DNA of 63,858 nt, the filler included, from Reticulomyxa filosa (taxonomy: Eukaryota > Protista > Foraminifera): assembly GCA_000512085.1 (NCBI GenBank). It is 12 parts of 12 records of this genome, joined end to end, with 100 filler letters (N's around TTAATTAATTAA, not from the genome) between each part and the next. Parts side by side here need not be neighbours in the genome. Positions count along the whole stretch, not along the records: positions 1 to 25,816 come from ASPP01024706.1; positions 25,917 to 28,611 come from ASPP01007049.1; 10 more parts are not named here. One strand, 5' to 3'. Both the position numbers and the translations under genes were made by a program. This document shows, piece after piece, positions 13,003 to 25,937 of this stretch (the stretch's first letter is position 1; each line of letters opens with the position of its first letter). A model generated the notes under the pieces. That model saw only the letters and a list, made by a program, of their open reading frames with translations, ran no database searches and was not told where the DNA came from.

Positions 13003-14912
13003 TTAAATAGATCCCATAATTTTGTTTTGAGATTTTGTAGAAGCGTGGTGAGGATTTGGAACGACAATATTTTTAGTCACGCTTTCTTTTTGTTCATAAT
13101 ACGAATCGTCTTCTGGAGAAATGACCAAATTTTCAAACAAAGTATTCGGCCTTTCACGATTTGGAGGCTCTTCCGAACTTTCTTTATCTTCGACAATGGC
13201 CTGACGAGGTTGATATGAAATGGTTTGAATAGTGTGAAAGCGTGCTCCGGACCAATGAGTAGAGGTTTGGCCGAAATGATTTGGTTTGGTTGGGTCAATC
13301 TCCTTTAATTCAACACCATCATTGTCTACAGGACGATTTGCATTGGAAATTTGATCCATTTTTTCTCTCTCTTTTGTTTCGTGATAATATTTGAACATTG
13401 CCATTTGTTCGACAAATCGTAATAGAAACGCAATCACTTTATGTTATGTGTGTATTTTATCAGTGCAATATTGCTTGCCAAAAAAGAAGAATACATAAAA
13501 GTAAGCAAATAAATGAATGAGTCCACTCCAAGGAAGAAGGAAGGGAAAAGAATAGAACAAGTGCGTACATGCGATAATAGTGCTAATTAATTTGGGCATA
13601 TTGATTTTGCTTAGTCCGGGTAAAATAATCCATTGTTGAAGCCAACATTGATAGCGTACAACATTACACGTCGAAACATAGGCGTTACTGGAGGAACAAG
13701 GCAAAAATCCAATGACTTCTGTATTTTTTAAAAGAGCCAATGAAATAGACAATATCGCATTGAGAACGATAACAATAGAAAAGTACGCGTGTTTGAGTAC
13801 CCACCAAAGTAATGCGAGTACATACTTGCAAACAGAAGAAAATCCCACAAAGCAGCGAATGATCGACGAAGGATAAACGGGCTTTTGTTTGTGATTTCCG
13901 TGGCCAGGCCAATGTTTTGATTGATTGTTTGTTTGTTTTTTCAATGTGCTTGTTCGGTCGTCCATCAGATGATAGTGGTATTGTTTTTCGTCTTCCTTTT
14001 CTGTTGTCACAAAACGAACATGCATGAAATAGCAGGGAATAGCAAACAACAAAAAAGAACAGACAGAGCGCACCACACCAATAGCAGTGCTAATGGACAG
14101 CGTTCGCATATCAAAATCTTTGGTGGCAAGATATTTTCTTACCCACTCTGGCTCTCCGAACATTGGTTGATCGGATTCGGATTGAAAGATCTCGTCCTGA
14201 GGCGACGTAAGCTCGTGTCTCCAGTACTTGCACCCAATCCCCAGACACAACAGCAATATTTTTGCTCCTGCTGCAGAGACAATGGCAATCACCACTGTTT
14301 TCAACAAACTGGCTGTTTCGGAACCGTCGTCGCATATTATATCAATTTTTTCATTGATGATGGAAGCATATGTTTCATTCACCTTTTCGACACACATTCA
14401 ACAACATCCATTTGTGCTGTTATTCGAATGTCTGTGAACAAAAAGTGCAGACGCAAATATACCTTTTGTACACAACTGTATACGGTGTCATCGAGACAAT
14501 TGTAGGGACTGTTGTCAACAATGCATCCACCGTCCTCGCCTCTGGATACTTCGAGGGTTCTTAATAAGAATAATCGCTCAACAAGGTTTGTGACATCGGC
14601 CACATTACCTCCAATCACGCCTCCCAGAACAAAAGAACCAATATCCATTTGTGCACATTGATCATAACCATCCATATATTGCACAACGCTGCTTTGGTTT
14701 ACGTCTGGTGATAAAATGTTATGATGAACACCACAACACGTGGTGACATTGTCGCGAATGAACAACACAACCGAGATAAACCAAATCATCACTAAAATGT
14801 CAAAACACGTGAAACATACTATGAGACGTCTTAATCTTCTTAATTGAGGGACACAATATTTACACCCACACCAGCAACATCGGCACCAATAGTAGCATAT
14901 GTGCCAACACAT
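13003..14912 (-). CDS. Hypothetical multi-pass membrane protein with Cys-rich N-terminus
   Basis: Three ORFs apparently joinable by GT-AG introns (e.g. CVQK|VNETYAS); several hydrophobic helices; N-terminus MCWHICYYWCRCCWCGCKYC. No family recognised. Confidence 0.6.
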
Positions 14913-15172
14913 TTTTGTTTAGTTTGAACTTTGTTTCATTTGAAAAATCAAATGAAAAAAAATCATTTAAAATAAAAATGATATGCACATTGATATTTGA
15001 ATTTTTTTAAAGTATAAAAAGTGGTAAGAAACAACTGTAACCAGAATGCAATGCGGAAGTGACGGCTTTGAAAAGGGAGCACATTAAATGAAAAGAAAAT
15101 AGGAAAACACAATAACAAATAGTGTGCTGTTGAGAATTTAAAAGTGCGATTTTTTTTTTTGTTGAAACAAGG

Positions 15173-17284
15173 TTATTCTTGGAAACAAGAATGTGGACTG
15201 TCTGGAGCCTCTCTCGAGTTCACATGCTTAAGAGGACCACCACCAACTCCTCTTCCAATAAGTAGACATCGAAAGTATTCCAAACGATCAAAAGCAGTAT
15301 CAATATTTCTGGAGGTGCTCCACAAATTTTCAGCAGCCGCAGCGGCCTTTGGCCAAACAGTCGCGTCCAACACACTCAAATCAATGTGCTCACTCCACAT
15401 GCAAGCCTCCCCTCCTAAAACATGTTTTTTGTAATGCTCACTTTCATGTTCAATACCTTCGAACATGTTGTTATTATAATAGTCTTGCCATGCAGTTTTC
15501 AGATGATCCAGATACCATCCATGGCTAACCAAGATATCGTAGCCATTTAGAGCAGCAGAGCGTAGCAAGTTCTTTCCCATCCACAAATGTATGACAGTGT
15601 CTTTTGGGACTTTGGTTTCAAAATTTTTGTAAACTTCTTGCCAAACAATTGGCCGTTTTTTATATTTTGACGCAATTGCAGTGGCTTTGTCCGCCCACCA
15701 CCGATAGATATCGTGTCCCTCGGACAAATGTTCTTTTTTCAGCCATGCCTTTACTTGTTCGTCGTTGTCGTAACACTCAAAGCGGACCTCGTCCATCCCT
15801 ATATGTGTCATATGCAAACAAATGGATTTGTCTTAACAAAACAACGAACAAAAATAAACACAAAGCATTAACCCAAGTGCAAGAACTGATCCGGGAATCG
15901 CTGACTTGCCTCTTTGAGTACACCTTCAACGATTTCAAAGGTCAATGGATTGCTAGGGTCCAGCAAAGTCGGTGATGGTCTCCTACAAGAGGCGCGAATG
16001 CATATTTCGGGATAGCCTTTGCACCAAGAGCCGGCATGTCCGGGAGTGTCGAATTCCGGAATGACACGAATCCCTCGGAATCGGGCATAGTCAATGATTT
16101 CGAAGATATCCTTTTCGCTGTAGCGCTCGTGAATGCTGTAGCTGCCATTCCACAAGTTTGGAAATGCGTTGCTTTGATACGGAAATGACTCCTCGTCTAC
16201 GACGTGCCAATGAAACACATTAAACTTTGCGTAGCTCATTGCGTCCAACAGATGTTTGATCACTGTCGGCGGATGGAAGTGTCGCGACGTATCCAGTAAT
16301 ATGCCGCGATGGGCAAATCTCGGCTTATCATTAATCGATGCTAACATGATTTTATACGTATCCGTGGCAAAGTCATAGCGAATTAGTTGGGATAATGTCT
16401 CCAAACCTCGCAATGCTCCAAACACAGTTCCAGCGCGAAGCAATATTTTATTGCAGTTCACACCTTTTTTTAAACAATCCCAAATACATATTAATATAAA
16501 AACATTTGTGTATACATCATTTCAAATACATGTTTTTTCTTTACAAAAAGAAACTGTTTGAAGGAAGCGCCGGAACAATCAATTCGTAAGATTCGTCCAT
16601 ACTCAATTCCAATTCAACGTCATCGTCTTTGTCAATGTGCAACACCACTCCATCAAAGTATTCATGATATACTCGCGGCTCACTTGAGACGGTGTGAGAA
16701 AACATAATGTCCTGATATCTCTTCACGGCCTCGTGCAATATCTCATGCTTAAAGTTGGTCTGAAATGTCATTGGCAATTGAATTGGGACATCGTAGTCGT
16801 ACAGGTCAATCGAGTGGGGCATTGGCCACACTTTTATGCGATTCAATTGTCTGATTAACTGATATCTCGAATAGTCTTTTGAAAATTGACATTCACTTCC
16901 GTTCTGTTGTTTCAAAGATGGATCTTGCCCATTGTCATTTTGCGTTTTGTCGTCTACGCTCGGCATCGATGGGATTTTCGGCTGCGTAAACACGCCATCC
17001 GTTTTGTTCAACTCTCGAAACACAACCGGATTTGGCGATTTTCCCTCATATATACTCAGCACATTGTATTTTTTGGAATCATATTGTATTACTTTTGTCT
17101 CACCAGCCCAAAAATTATATTTGAACAACAGCCCGACAATCAGCCCAACCAAAACCAACGCTATTGTAATGAACAAGCGGAACAATAATTTACCTGGAGC
17201 ACCTTTGCCAAGTAAACCAGGTGAAATGGTCAACCGGGACCGAGCCCTTGTTGAAAGACGGTCATTTCCAAAATTTGTGGCCAT
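15173..17284 (-). CDS. Beta-N-acetylhexosaminidase (GH20), predicted type II membrane anchor, 3 exons
   Basis: VWPMP, DESYEL, GALRGLETLSQL, DKPRFAHRGILLDTSRHF, FNVFHWH, PEFDTPGH, HLG|MDE catalytic motif, GGEACMWSE, VWPKAAAAAENLW. One TM helix near the N-terminus. Confidence 0.95.
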
Positions 17285-17599
17285 GTCCACAAAAAAAAGC
17301 TTTCTGGGTTCCTCCTGACAATTAAACCTGTGATAAAGGCATACCGCTACTATAACTAAAAACGTTAGATTCAAACATTTGGCAAACGAGTGGATACGCG
17401 CAATTGTTAAAATATATTTGAAAAAACAATATAGACATAAATCACTGATCAATTCAAATTATCCAAGTTCCAGTTTGCAACTTGTAAAACTTATTTAACT
17501 TAAAGTTAGTATGCTTTTGTCTTTTGTTTGTTATAAGCGTTATTTAATTTCTTTTTAGTTAATTAATCTGTATTTATTTCTAAATTCAAGCAAAAGGTA

Positions 17600-19039
17600 A
17601 ACAAGATCAGTAAATAAGCGGTCTTTCAAACATGGCACAACACATCGGAACTACTTTTAAGAATGCTAGAAACAATACACGCATCACTAGACAAAAATTC
17701 TGTAACGTATTCTGTCATGCTGGATATATGCGCGGCGTATGACAGTGTATGGAGAGACGGATTGAGATATAAAATAAGAAACAACTTTAACATAAAAGGG
17801 AGAATGTATTGGTGGATTGACAGCTTCCTTCGTGAACGAGCTGGAAAAGTAGTACTAAATGGAGCATCTTCGCAACTTTACAACTTCAGAGTTGGAGTAC
17901 CTCAAGGGTCGGCACTATCTCCTATACTATTTCTATTATATATAAACGATTTGACAGATGTGATCCACCATCCAATACAAAGCGGAATGTTTGCAGATGA
18001 TGTAGCATTATGGACGTCAATTTTCACTGAAGACACAACAGAAATGCAAAGACAAATGGAGCTGCTACAATATAGTTTAAACGGAGTCAGTGAATGGGGA
18101 TGCAAATGGAAAATGGCTCTAGCCCCCCAAAAGTCACAATGTATCACCTTCCGATCCAAAAATAAAAAGAAATATCCAAAACTAAAAATTAAACTGGATA
18201 ACACTGATATCAAAGAAAAAGACCAAGTAAAATATTTAGGACTTATCATAGACTCCAAACTTACATACAAACAACATGTACATTAAATATATGGAAAAGC
18301 CGCTCGGAAACTTGGATATCTAACTTATTTATGCTCATACAAAGGAATAAAGCTAAGCTTATCGGTTTATAAACTTCTATTCAAAACAATCATTCTACCA
18401 ATATTGGAATACGGATGCCCTTTTTGGAATGGTACATCGGAAGTGTACAAGAAAAAACTAGAGAGAATCCAAAGGATTGCATTATGTAGAATACTGGGAG
18501 TAATGAGTTGGACTGCCTACGACACAGTAAACATGATGGCACAAATGCCACCTCTGGAATTACGGAGGCAGCAAGAAGAAGTAAAACTATACCATAGATG
18601 CATACAAATATCGGAACAACTCCCAGAACACAATTTAACACTGGCCTATCGATTATGGGAGCAAAACCACAATGTCCCCGAAAACGAGTTTTACTGTTGG
18701 AGAGGGAAATTATCGCCTTTGTCAAGGGCATGCATTCATGCGGAAGAAATGAAGATCCCGACAATCACCCCCGACAAAAAAGCGATAATTAATAAGCCTC
18801 CTATGCAACGAAAAAAAATCCCATGTCCCAATAAATCTCCTTTCCCTCAAAATGCAGAACCACCAGCAGAAGAAATTCTAACATCAATCAATAATAAAAC
18901 AACTGTTATCTATACAGATGGAAGTGCATTTCCAAATCCTGGCATTGGCGGAGTTGGAGTAATTATACAAGACCAATCAAACCAAGAACATGTTGAAATC
19001 GAACATCCAGTAAATGGAATTAACAAAAAAGGAACCTAG
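17600..19039 (+). mobile_element. Degenerate non-LTR retrotransposon ORF2 fragment (reverse transcriptase + start of RNase H)
   Basis: LDICAAYDSVW, GVPQGSALSPILF, MFADD, VKYLGLIIDSKL, ILPILEYG, RNase H VIYTDGS...GGVG. In-frame TAA at 17615-17617 and 18284-18286; truncated at both ends. Confidence 0.93.
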
Positions 19040-21532
19040 TGTTGTGTTTACGTGGTAGTTTTTAAGGAAATTGATTGGTAGAAAAATGTTTGTTTTTGAA
19101 AGTAAATTGATTTACGTTTTTGGATTTGAGTGTCCACATTACACTTAAAAACCTGGCACTGGATAAAAAAATTTGTAGTTTTTTTTTAATGCGGAATTTT
19201 ATGTCAAAAACAAACAAATGTTTTTTCTTAAATTGTTAGCGTATAACTAAATATAATATTGAAAGTAACAATTCTCAAATAAAAAAAGGACACTTGCAAA
19301 GTATAATAATTTTTTTGATATTGAGTACAAATTATAGTCAAAACATAAGAGAATTCTATCAAAGTTTAGATTTATCAGAAATAAATCTTATTTCGAGAGG
19401 ATTCTTGTATTCTAACTATTTTTATTTTTCATATTATTATCGCATAGACCTCTGCTTTTGTTCTTCTCTCAATGTCGCGTCGGCCGTTTGCTTGACGGGT
19501 TAAACTTTGAATTAAAAAAATTGAACAAATTTCATTCTATAATCTATTGCCTTCGTTTCTGCTTATAAATTAAATTTTCCCTTAATTTGTTGAGCTTTAT
19601 AATGTCAAAGGAATGTAATTTACAATGATAGTAATAATTTAACAGTATTTCTTGAAAAAAAAATTGAAAGTGTTTGTGAGTTTGAACTTTTTGTCCCTTT
19701 TTGAGGAACCAGATGTTGACTTAAATATAAATGGCTAGTTTTAGCGCAACAGATCTATTGTTGTCTTAAGATAGATGTATTTGTAGCATGTTCAGTTTTC
19801 TTCTTTTTATAACTAGCTATGATTTTTAGTCCAAGTCAATAGACATTTATCGTTTGATTTTTTGTTTTTGAAACAGTGTTAAATTGTACATTGACAAGAT
19901 TCCATATTGTAAATGACAAGAAATCAAAATAATTAGTAAGAAAAATAACAAACTTCAACGTCATTATCGTAATGGAATTGATTTGTGATTAGCTTTAAGC
20001 AATTGCAATGAAGACTTCAAAAAAGAAACGAATTTGCAAGACATCTTCAAGACTTAGCTAAACTCATCTGAAGGACTTTGGAAGTAGTCAATCTTTATAA
20101 TTGAAACGATATTGTCACTATAAATACATGGCAAAGACAACATTGACAACTAAAGACTTGAATTTGTTTACAAGCAACATCAGAGCGCGAGAATTTGACA
20201 AAATTTGATTCATTTACAGTTTATATTTTAGTACAAAACATAATTTTTTTAAACTTTTTTTTGTGAATTCATTTAAACAATATCAAATTTTAATACTATT
20301 TTGTAATGTTATACTTCAAATTAAAAAAGTTATATATATTTGTATGAAGTGATGAATATGCTATATACAATAGAAGACGATTTCTAAAATAAAGTGAATA
20401 TTTGTGCAGATAACTGGATAGTGGTTTCAGTGCAAGTGAAAAGCAAGAGAGTAGCAAATGAAGGTGAAGCTGAAATCTGACATAAACTATTGCTTAAGCC
20501 AAAAAAAAATTTTTCTAGTGCAACTTTAAATCAAAATGAAGCTTTGTGATTACAATCTATTGAAAAATATTTAATATACAAAATATTTAAAGAATTAGTT
20601 TTTGCAAAAGAGATTGTTAATTTACCTTAAAAAAAATAAAGAAAGATATATTTGTTAAATACTAAAAAAAGAAACAAAAAATATCTATATTTGACACAGT
20701 GTAATATCAACGATTGGACTAAGATTTGATAGAGTTGTTAACAAATGAAAACTCTTGTGACTTACTGACAAAGTGTAATATGAAAATATTGCTATAATCG
20801 ACTTTTCAACGAAAACAAGCAAAATAAATCAAGTAGAATATCAATGACAACAGCGACAAACAAAAAGATGAAAAAACTATTAAGTTTGTATAAAAGTTTT
20901 TATTGATTTATAGATCCACTTGAATATGGACATCGAACAGTATGGCCCTACAAAAGTATTATTATATTTACTTTGTAGCTAGTGTACTTTGCTATGACCT
21001 AGTGAAAAGTTTTTTTTTCAATTTTTAATTATTTGAATCAGCAATATTTTTCTTTAACACAAACACCACTTCATGAAAAGAGTCGATTTTTTAAATTCTA
21101 AACAAAAATATTTGATTACATTTTTTGTATTGATCAATTTTTTATTTTTAATTGTTTATAGATGCTTTTTGTAAGATATTGTTGGATTAATTTTAGTGTG
21201 TTTGAGCTAACATTTCATTTTGCACATAATTATGTAAAATAGCTTTAAACATGTACTTATTGAATATACAAGCAAAACCAGGCTTGTAGCTCACTATTAT
21301 AACCAGTTGGAAAAAAAAGAAAAAATCTTAATTTGTTCTAAAAATATTTCTACTAAAGAAAAAATAAAACAGTAAGTAAATCAGACAATTGTATTTGGTT
21401 GTTTTATAGCGTTCACGTTGATATGAAAAAATCTAGGTCCCCCTTATTGAGAGTGATATTTCTTTGAGCATAACAATTTTGAAGAACATTGAATATTTTG
21501 AACTTGTGCTGTAATACCGCGCAAAGAAAGAG

Positions 21533-24350
21533 ATGCAGGCATTTCGAAACATGGTCTCTTCGTTGACGCGCGCCGCTGACGGCAAACACCCATCTGATGA
21601 AGTGTTGCAAAAATACCGTGAGGATTTGAATGGTTTGCGTGACGAGGTTGTGCAAATTCGTCAACAATTTACATCTTACAGTGATAGCTTCGTTCACGCG
21701 GCGGAATCTGCAGTGGTCTTGTCGAAATCGATAGTTCAATTCTATCAACAGGGGGAGCCATCTGCCATTAAAGCAGCACAGTTTATCATAGAAGAAGGAG
21801 AAAGGGGCAAACAAAAAAAAACGTATACAAAATTTTTTTCTTTGTTTGTCTGTATATGATGTTTGTAAAAAGAAGTTTGGAACAAATTGACAACTGGGAC
21901 ATAGGATATATAATCATTCGAACGAAGAAATAGCGGACACGGCAGTGAAGCTGTTCCAGCAGCAGCAACACTCACCAGAAGGGCTGATTAGTGAGTTGGA
22001 CAATTGGTTGCAAGTGATTCGTCTGTTGCATCAAGAGATTGAAGACGCGGAACGAGCTCGAGCTGCGGCACAAACGACAAGCGATCGCCTATATTCGCTG
22101 AAAGAACAACACGAACGACTGAAAAAGAAGCAGTCGTCTGCAGGCAGCACAGCCGTAGGGGCCCAAGAACTTCGAGACTTGGAGGAACGAATCAAAGACA
22201 CCACCAATGTGAAAATATCTTTGACAAAGGATTTCCAAGACCAAAAACAAAAAATCGGGGACGCCGTCACAAACATGCTGAAAGAAAAGTATCACATATT
22301 TGATCGCGTGTATGTACAGTTGTTGGAATGTCAATTTGCGTGCGCCGGTGCGTATAACGATTTGATGAAGCCTTTCAAAGGTTTGATCGACTTGTATCGC
22401 AAACAATACTCGCACATTAATGAAAATGGCGACGCACATCCCTTGTATCAATCTACCAATCAATTGTTGCAACGCACAAAAATTGACGCCAATCCTCTGG
22501 ACCAAGCCCGTTCCCCTAGACATATTAACCAGGACACGACAGAGGCAAATACAAATCACGATGATCAGATCAGCGTTAACGTCAATAACGACGCTCATGC
22601 CAATAGCAGTGTCAATGACAACAAACCTGTGGAAAATGGTGATCACCACCAAAGCGATGAAAAGGAACTCAATGGCGTTCTTCACACACGAAGCGACAGT
22701 GATGACAACACTGCAGCCACGAAGAGCAACAAGAGTGCGACCCTTTCCAATGATGACCCTTCTCACTCAGTTGACTGTTCTTTCTATTCAAATGTGTCAT
22801 ATGCACACACAAACTCATCAAACATTATTTAACCAAGTGTGTTGTTGCTTGTATGAAAAACAGGAAACACAAGGCATGTCTTTTTTTATCGTCGGTTTTT
22901 GGGAGAAAAATCCAAAAGGGGAGATGTTTTTTTAAACCTCCTTTTTGTCTTTGTATTGTCTTTAAAATGTAGTGGTGAAGAACTCAGTTGAATCGAAGGT
23001 CAAAGCACCACCACCGCCCACTCAGCCACCCCCGCCTTTGCCTGGAAAAAGTAAGGCTCAGCTCCAGCCTCAGCCTCAACCTCAACCTCCTCAACCTATC
23101 CCACAACAAGATCAAGCCGATTTTTTATCGGAATACTTTGGATCAGTGACGACAGATACATCATCAACGTCAATTCCACAAGAGAAACGCGTTTTGTTTC
23201 TTCGATCAACAACAAAAAAACTAAAGCAGAACTCGAGAAAACAAACGTAGACAAATTTCAAAACAATATTTGTTTGGTTTGTTGTTTATAATTCGCAGGT
23301 ACAAAAAGTAGTAGAGACAGCTAAACATGAATATGGAGACTTTATAACGGGAAGCCAAATCGTCACGGAAGCAAACAATAGTTCTGCGGGTAACGTACAA
23401 TCTTCAATAGGATATTTATTTTCAACGGACAGTGTCTCTGAAAAAAGCAATACTGTGGAAAACACGCAAAAAAAGGATACGACAGCCAAAAATGAAAATG
23501 ACAAACCATCGTCCGATATGCTTCCTCATATGGAACGCCATGACAGTACTGATTTTTGGGGAATGTTTGGCAACACCACCAACCAAGAATCACAAACATC
23601 AAAAGTTGCAACGAAACCGACACCGACAATAACATCAACATCAACTTTAGCTTCCACCACTGCCAAACATGATCATGTGAATGTTTTGTTTGGATCGTCA
23701 GAGCCATCACGGTTTTCCAAATCCGAATCACAGATATCTAGACCCACAAATGCAAATTCTTCTCCTCGACGACGCAATCAACAGTCGGGTCAGCATTTAG
23801 AACCTGTCAATGAACAGGCTAAATCAAAACCAGTGTCTCCCAATGTCTCTGATGTCGAGTTAAAAAAATAAAATGAAAAAAGGAAAAGGGAGGATGGTGT
23901 ACAAGCATAAAAATGCTTAATATTTGTGGTCTTTTTTTGACAATTGTCAGAGATGAAAGCAAAATTGAAGAACGAGTAAAAGAGCGAATACGTTTTGTTA
24001 AAGAGTCATATGAAATCGAAGCAAAAGATCACGCTGAACGAACGAAATATAAAGATGAATTAGAGACAAGATTGGATGAGTGGGAATATAATAGCGGAGT
24101 CAGACGCAACATTCGATCATTACTGACAAAGTTGCCGGAGGTATTGTGGGAAGATTCTGGATGGAAACCAGTGAGTTTGGGCGATTTGGTTCAACCGGCC
24201 AAATGTAAAAAAGCATATCAAATGGCTTTGAGAGTTGTTCATCCAGATAGAGCGGCTAATCGTGGAGATGATGCAAAAAATGCTGTCATTTGTGAGCGAG
24301 TTTTTACTGCGCTTAACGAAGCTTGGAATGAATTTGAGAAGACAATGTGA
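21533..24350 (+). CDS. Auxilin/Swa2-type J-domain co-chaperone with N-terminal BAR-like helical domain
   Basis: C-terminal NIRSLLTKLPEVLWEDSGWKPVSLGDLV...KAYQMALRVVHPDR...FTALNEAWNEF is the auxilin J-domain. Pro-rich disordered linker; helical N-terminal ~250 aa. Confidence 0.85.
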
Positions 24351-25569
24351 TGTTCAACTAGAGGAGAGATCACCGTTTTTGTGGTGTACGATGTGTTTTT
24401 GTGTTCTCGTTTTACCTTTTTTTTTGTGTGTGGTTTTCTTTGGCTAAGTGTGACTTTTCTCTTGTTTTTGCACTCTTTTTTCTTCATGCGAATGACGAAA
24501 GCACCACAAAAGCATCCCATCCTACTTCTGGCTCGAGACTTACAGGCATAAAGACGAAAAAAAAGCACTGTTAACATGACTCGCAGTTATGGAACCTCTT
24601 CACCAATTTGGGGACTATTTTACAAATTCTAGATGTTCATTGTCCAATTTTTGTTTGCACTCCACAAATATAATATTCCAAATTTGGTCTAATTGTATTA
24701 TGGAGTAAATTATTTATTGGTCAAAACGTGCCATAATGTCTACATAAGCTCAACATCATAGCCAAGGATTGCAACCCAAAAGTTAGAAATTTTCATAAAA
24801 GTGTCGTGTGAAGATATCATCGATGTTGAACTTCTTTTTTCAAAGATTACAAATCACCTGTTAATGCCTCAAGTTAGGTAGCGAAACGAACCGTGCAATT
24901 GACAACTAATCAAATTGTAGCTTTGATGCTCAATCAAGTCGATTGAATGGAAGTGCAGTACTCGTAATTAAAACTTAATTATGCCAAATGTAAAAATTAT
25001 AATTCATATAATTTTTTAATACAATATTATTGTCACCATTGTTTCTTCAATCTTTTTTTTGACAAGAGACAATTTTCTGTCTTTAGTTAATTTGGTTACA
25101 TAATTATGTTTTTTGTGTACTGTTGATAAGTATGCGTTTTGTTTACATTTGTTATTCTTTTTTGTGTTTAAGCTAGATTATTTATTAGAAGCCTAAATAA
25201 TACTTGAGAGGCAACTCAACTAAAGTAAAGAAATACAATTACTAGCACATATTCAAAAATACAACTTTTTTGCGAAAGTTATATCGATTATGAGAGACGT
25301 TAAATGAATTTTTTTTATTTGAGAAATCGGGGGTTATGCAAAAAAAATTCGTGTTAATCTACTTCGTAACTAACGATAACTTTTGTTAAAAAAGTTGTAC
25401 TTTAAAGAGATTTAAGTTAGAAGTGACAGATAAGATATGATGCAAAAAATGGCTCTAGCAATAAATGAGAAAGACAAAAAAAAATATAACGTTGGAAGCT
25501 TTTCCATTTGATATTCTTTACGCTGTTTGATTGTTCGGTAGATATCTTGATATATTGATATCAAGTACA

Positions 25570-25722
25570 GTATGTTGCAAAGAAAACTGAACGACTAAAA
25601 CGATATACTATGATGATAATTAATTTTCTCCATGAAAAATCAACATTTAGACATAATTTTTTTTTATCTTAAAAAAATATCTACAAATCTTGTAGTTTTT
25701 AAATATGAAATTTGTTTTTTAA
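25570..25722 (-). repeat. Dispersed ~150-bp repeat, copy 1
   Basis: Reverse complement aligns by eye with 49328-49478 and 59677-59830 (CATATTTAAAAACTACAAGATTTGTAGATATTTTT...TTTTCATGGAGAAAAT...TACTGTA). Confidence 0.75.
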
Positions 25723-25816
25723 TAACTTTTTTTTTTGTTGGATGAAATCACCATTCTTTCAAATGATTTTTGAAACTTATGCGAGAATGCGTATCATTTG
25801 CACTTTTATTAAAATT

Positions 25817-25916
25817 NNNNNNNNNNNNNNNNNNNNNNNNNNNNNNNNNNNNNNNNNNNNTTAATTAATTAANNNNNNNNNNNNNNNNNNNNNNNNNNNN
25901 NNNNNNNNNNNNNNNN
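25817..25916. other. Artificial contig spacer (N44-TTAATTAATTAA-N44)
   Basis: Identical 100-nt spacers with stops in all six frames also at 28612-28711, 32072-32171, 38058-38157, 47364-47463, 48595-48694, 55319-55418, 56681-56780, 58171-58270, 59547-59646 and 61608-61707. Confidence 0.98.
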
Positions 25917-25937
25917 AAAAAAAAAAAAAAAAAAAAA

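Noticed and set aside
13921-14505. Long antisense ORFs here and at 22089-22766 and 63205-63822
   Set aside because: Shadows of opposite-strand genes with no independent motifs.
25861-25872. Recurrent TTAATTAATTAA palindrome as a biological repeat or CRISPR-like unit
   Set aside because: Always centred in identical N44/N44 padding; an assembly linker with six-frame stops.
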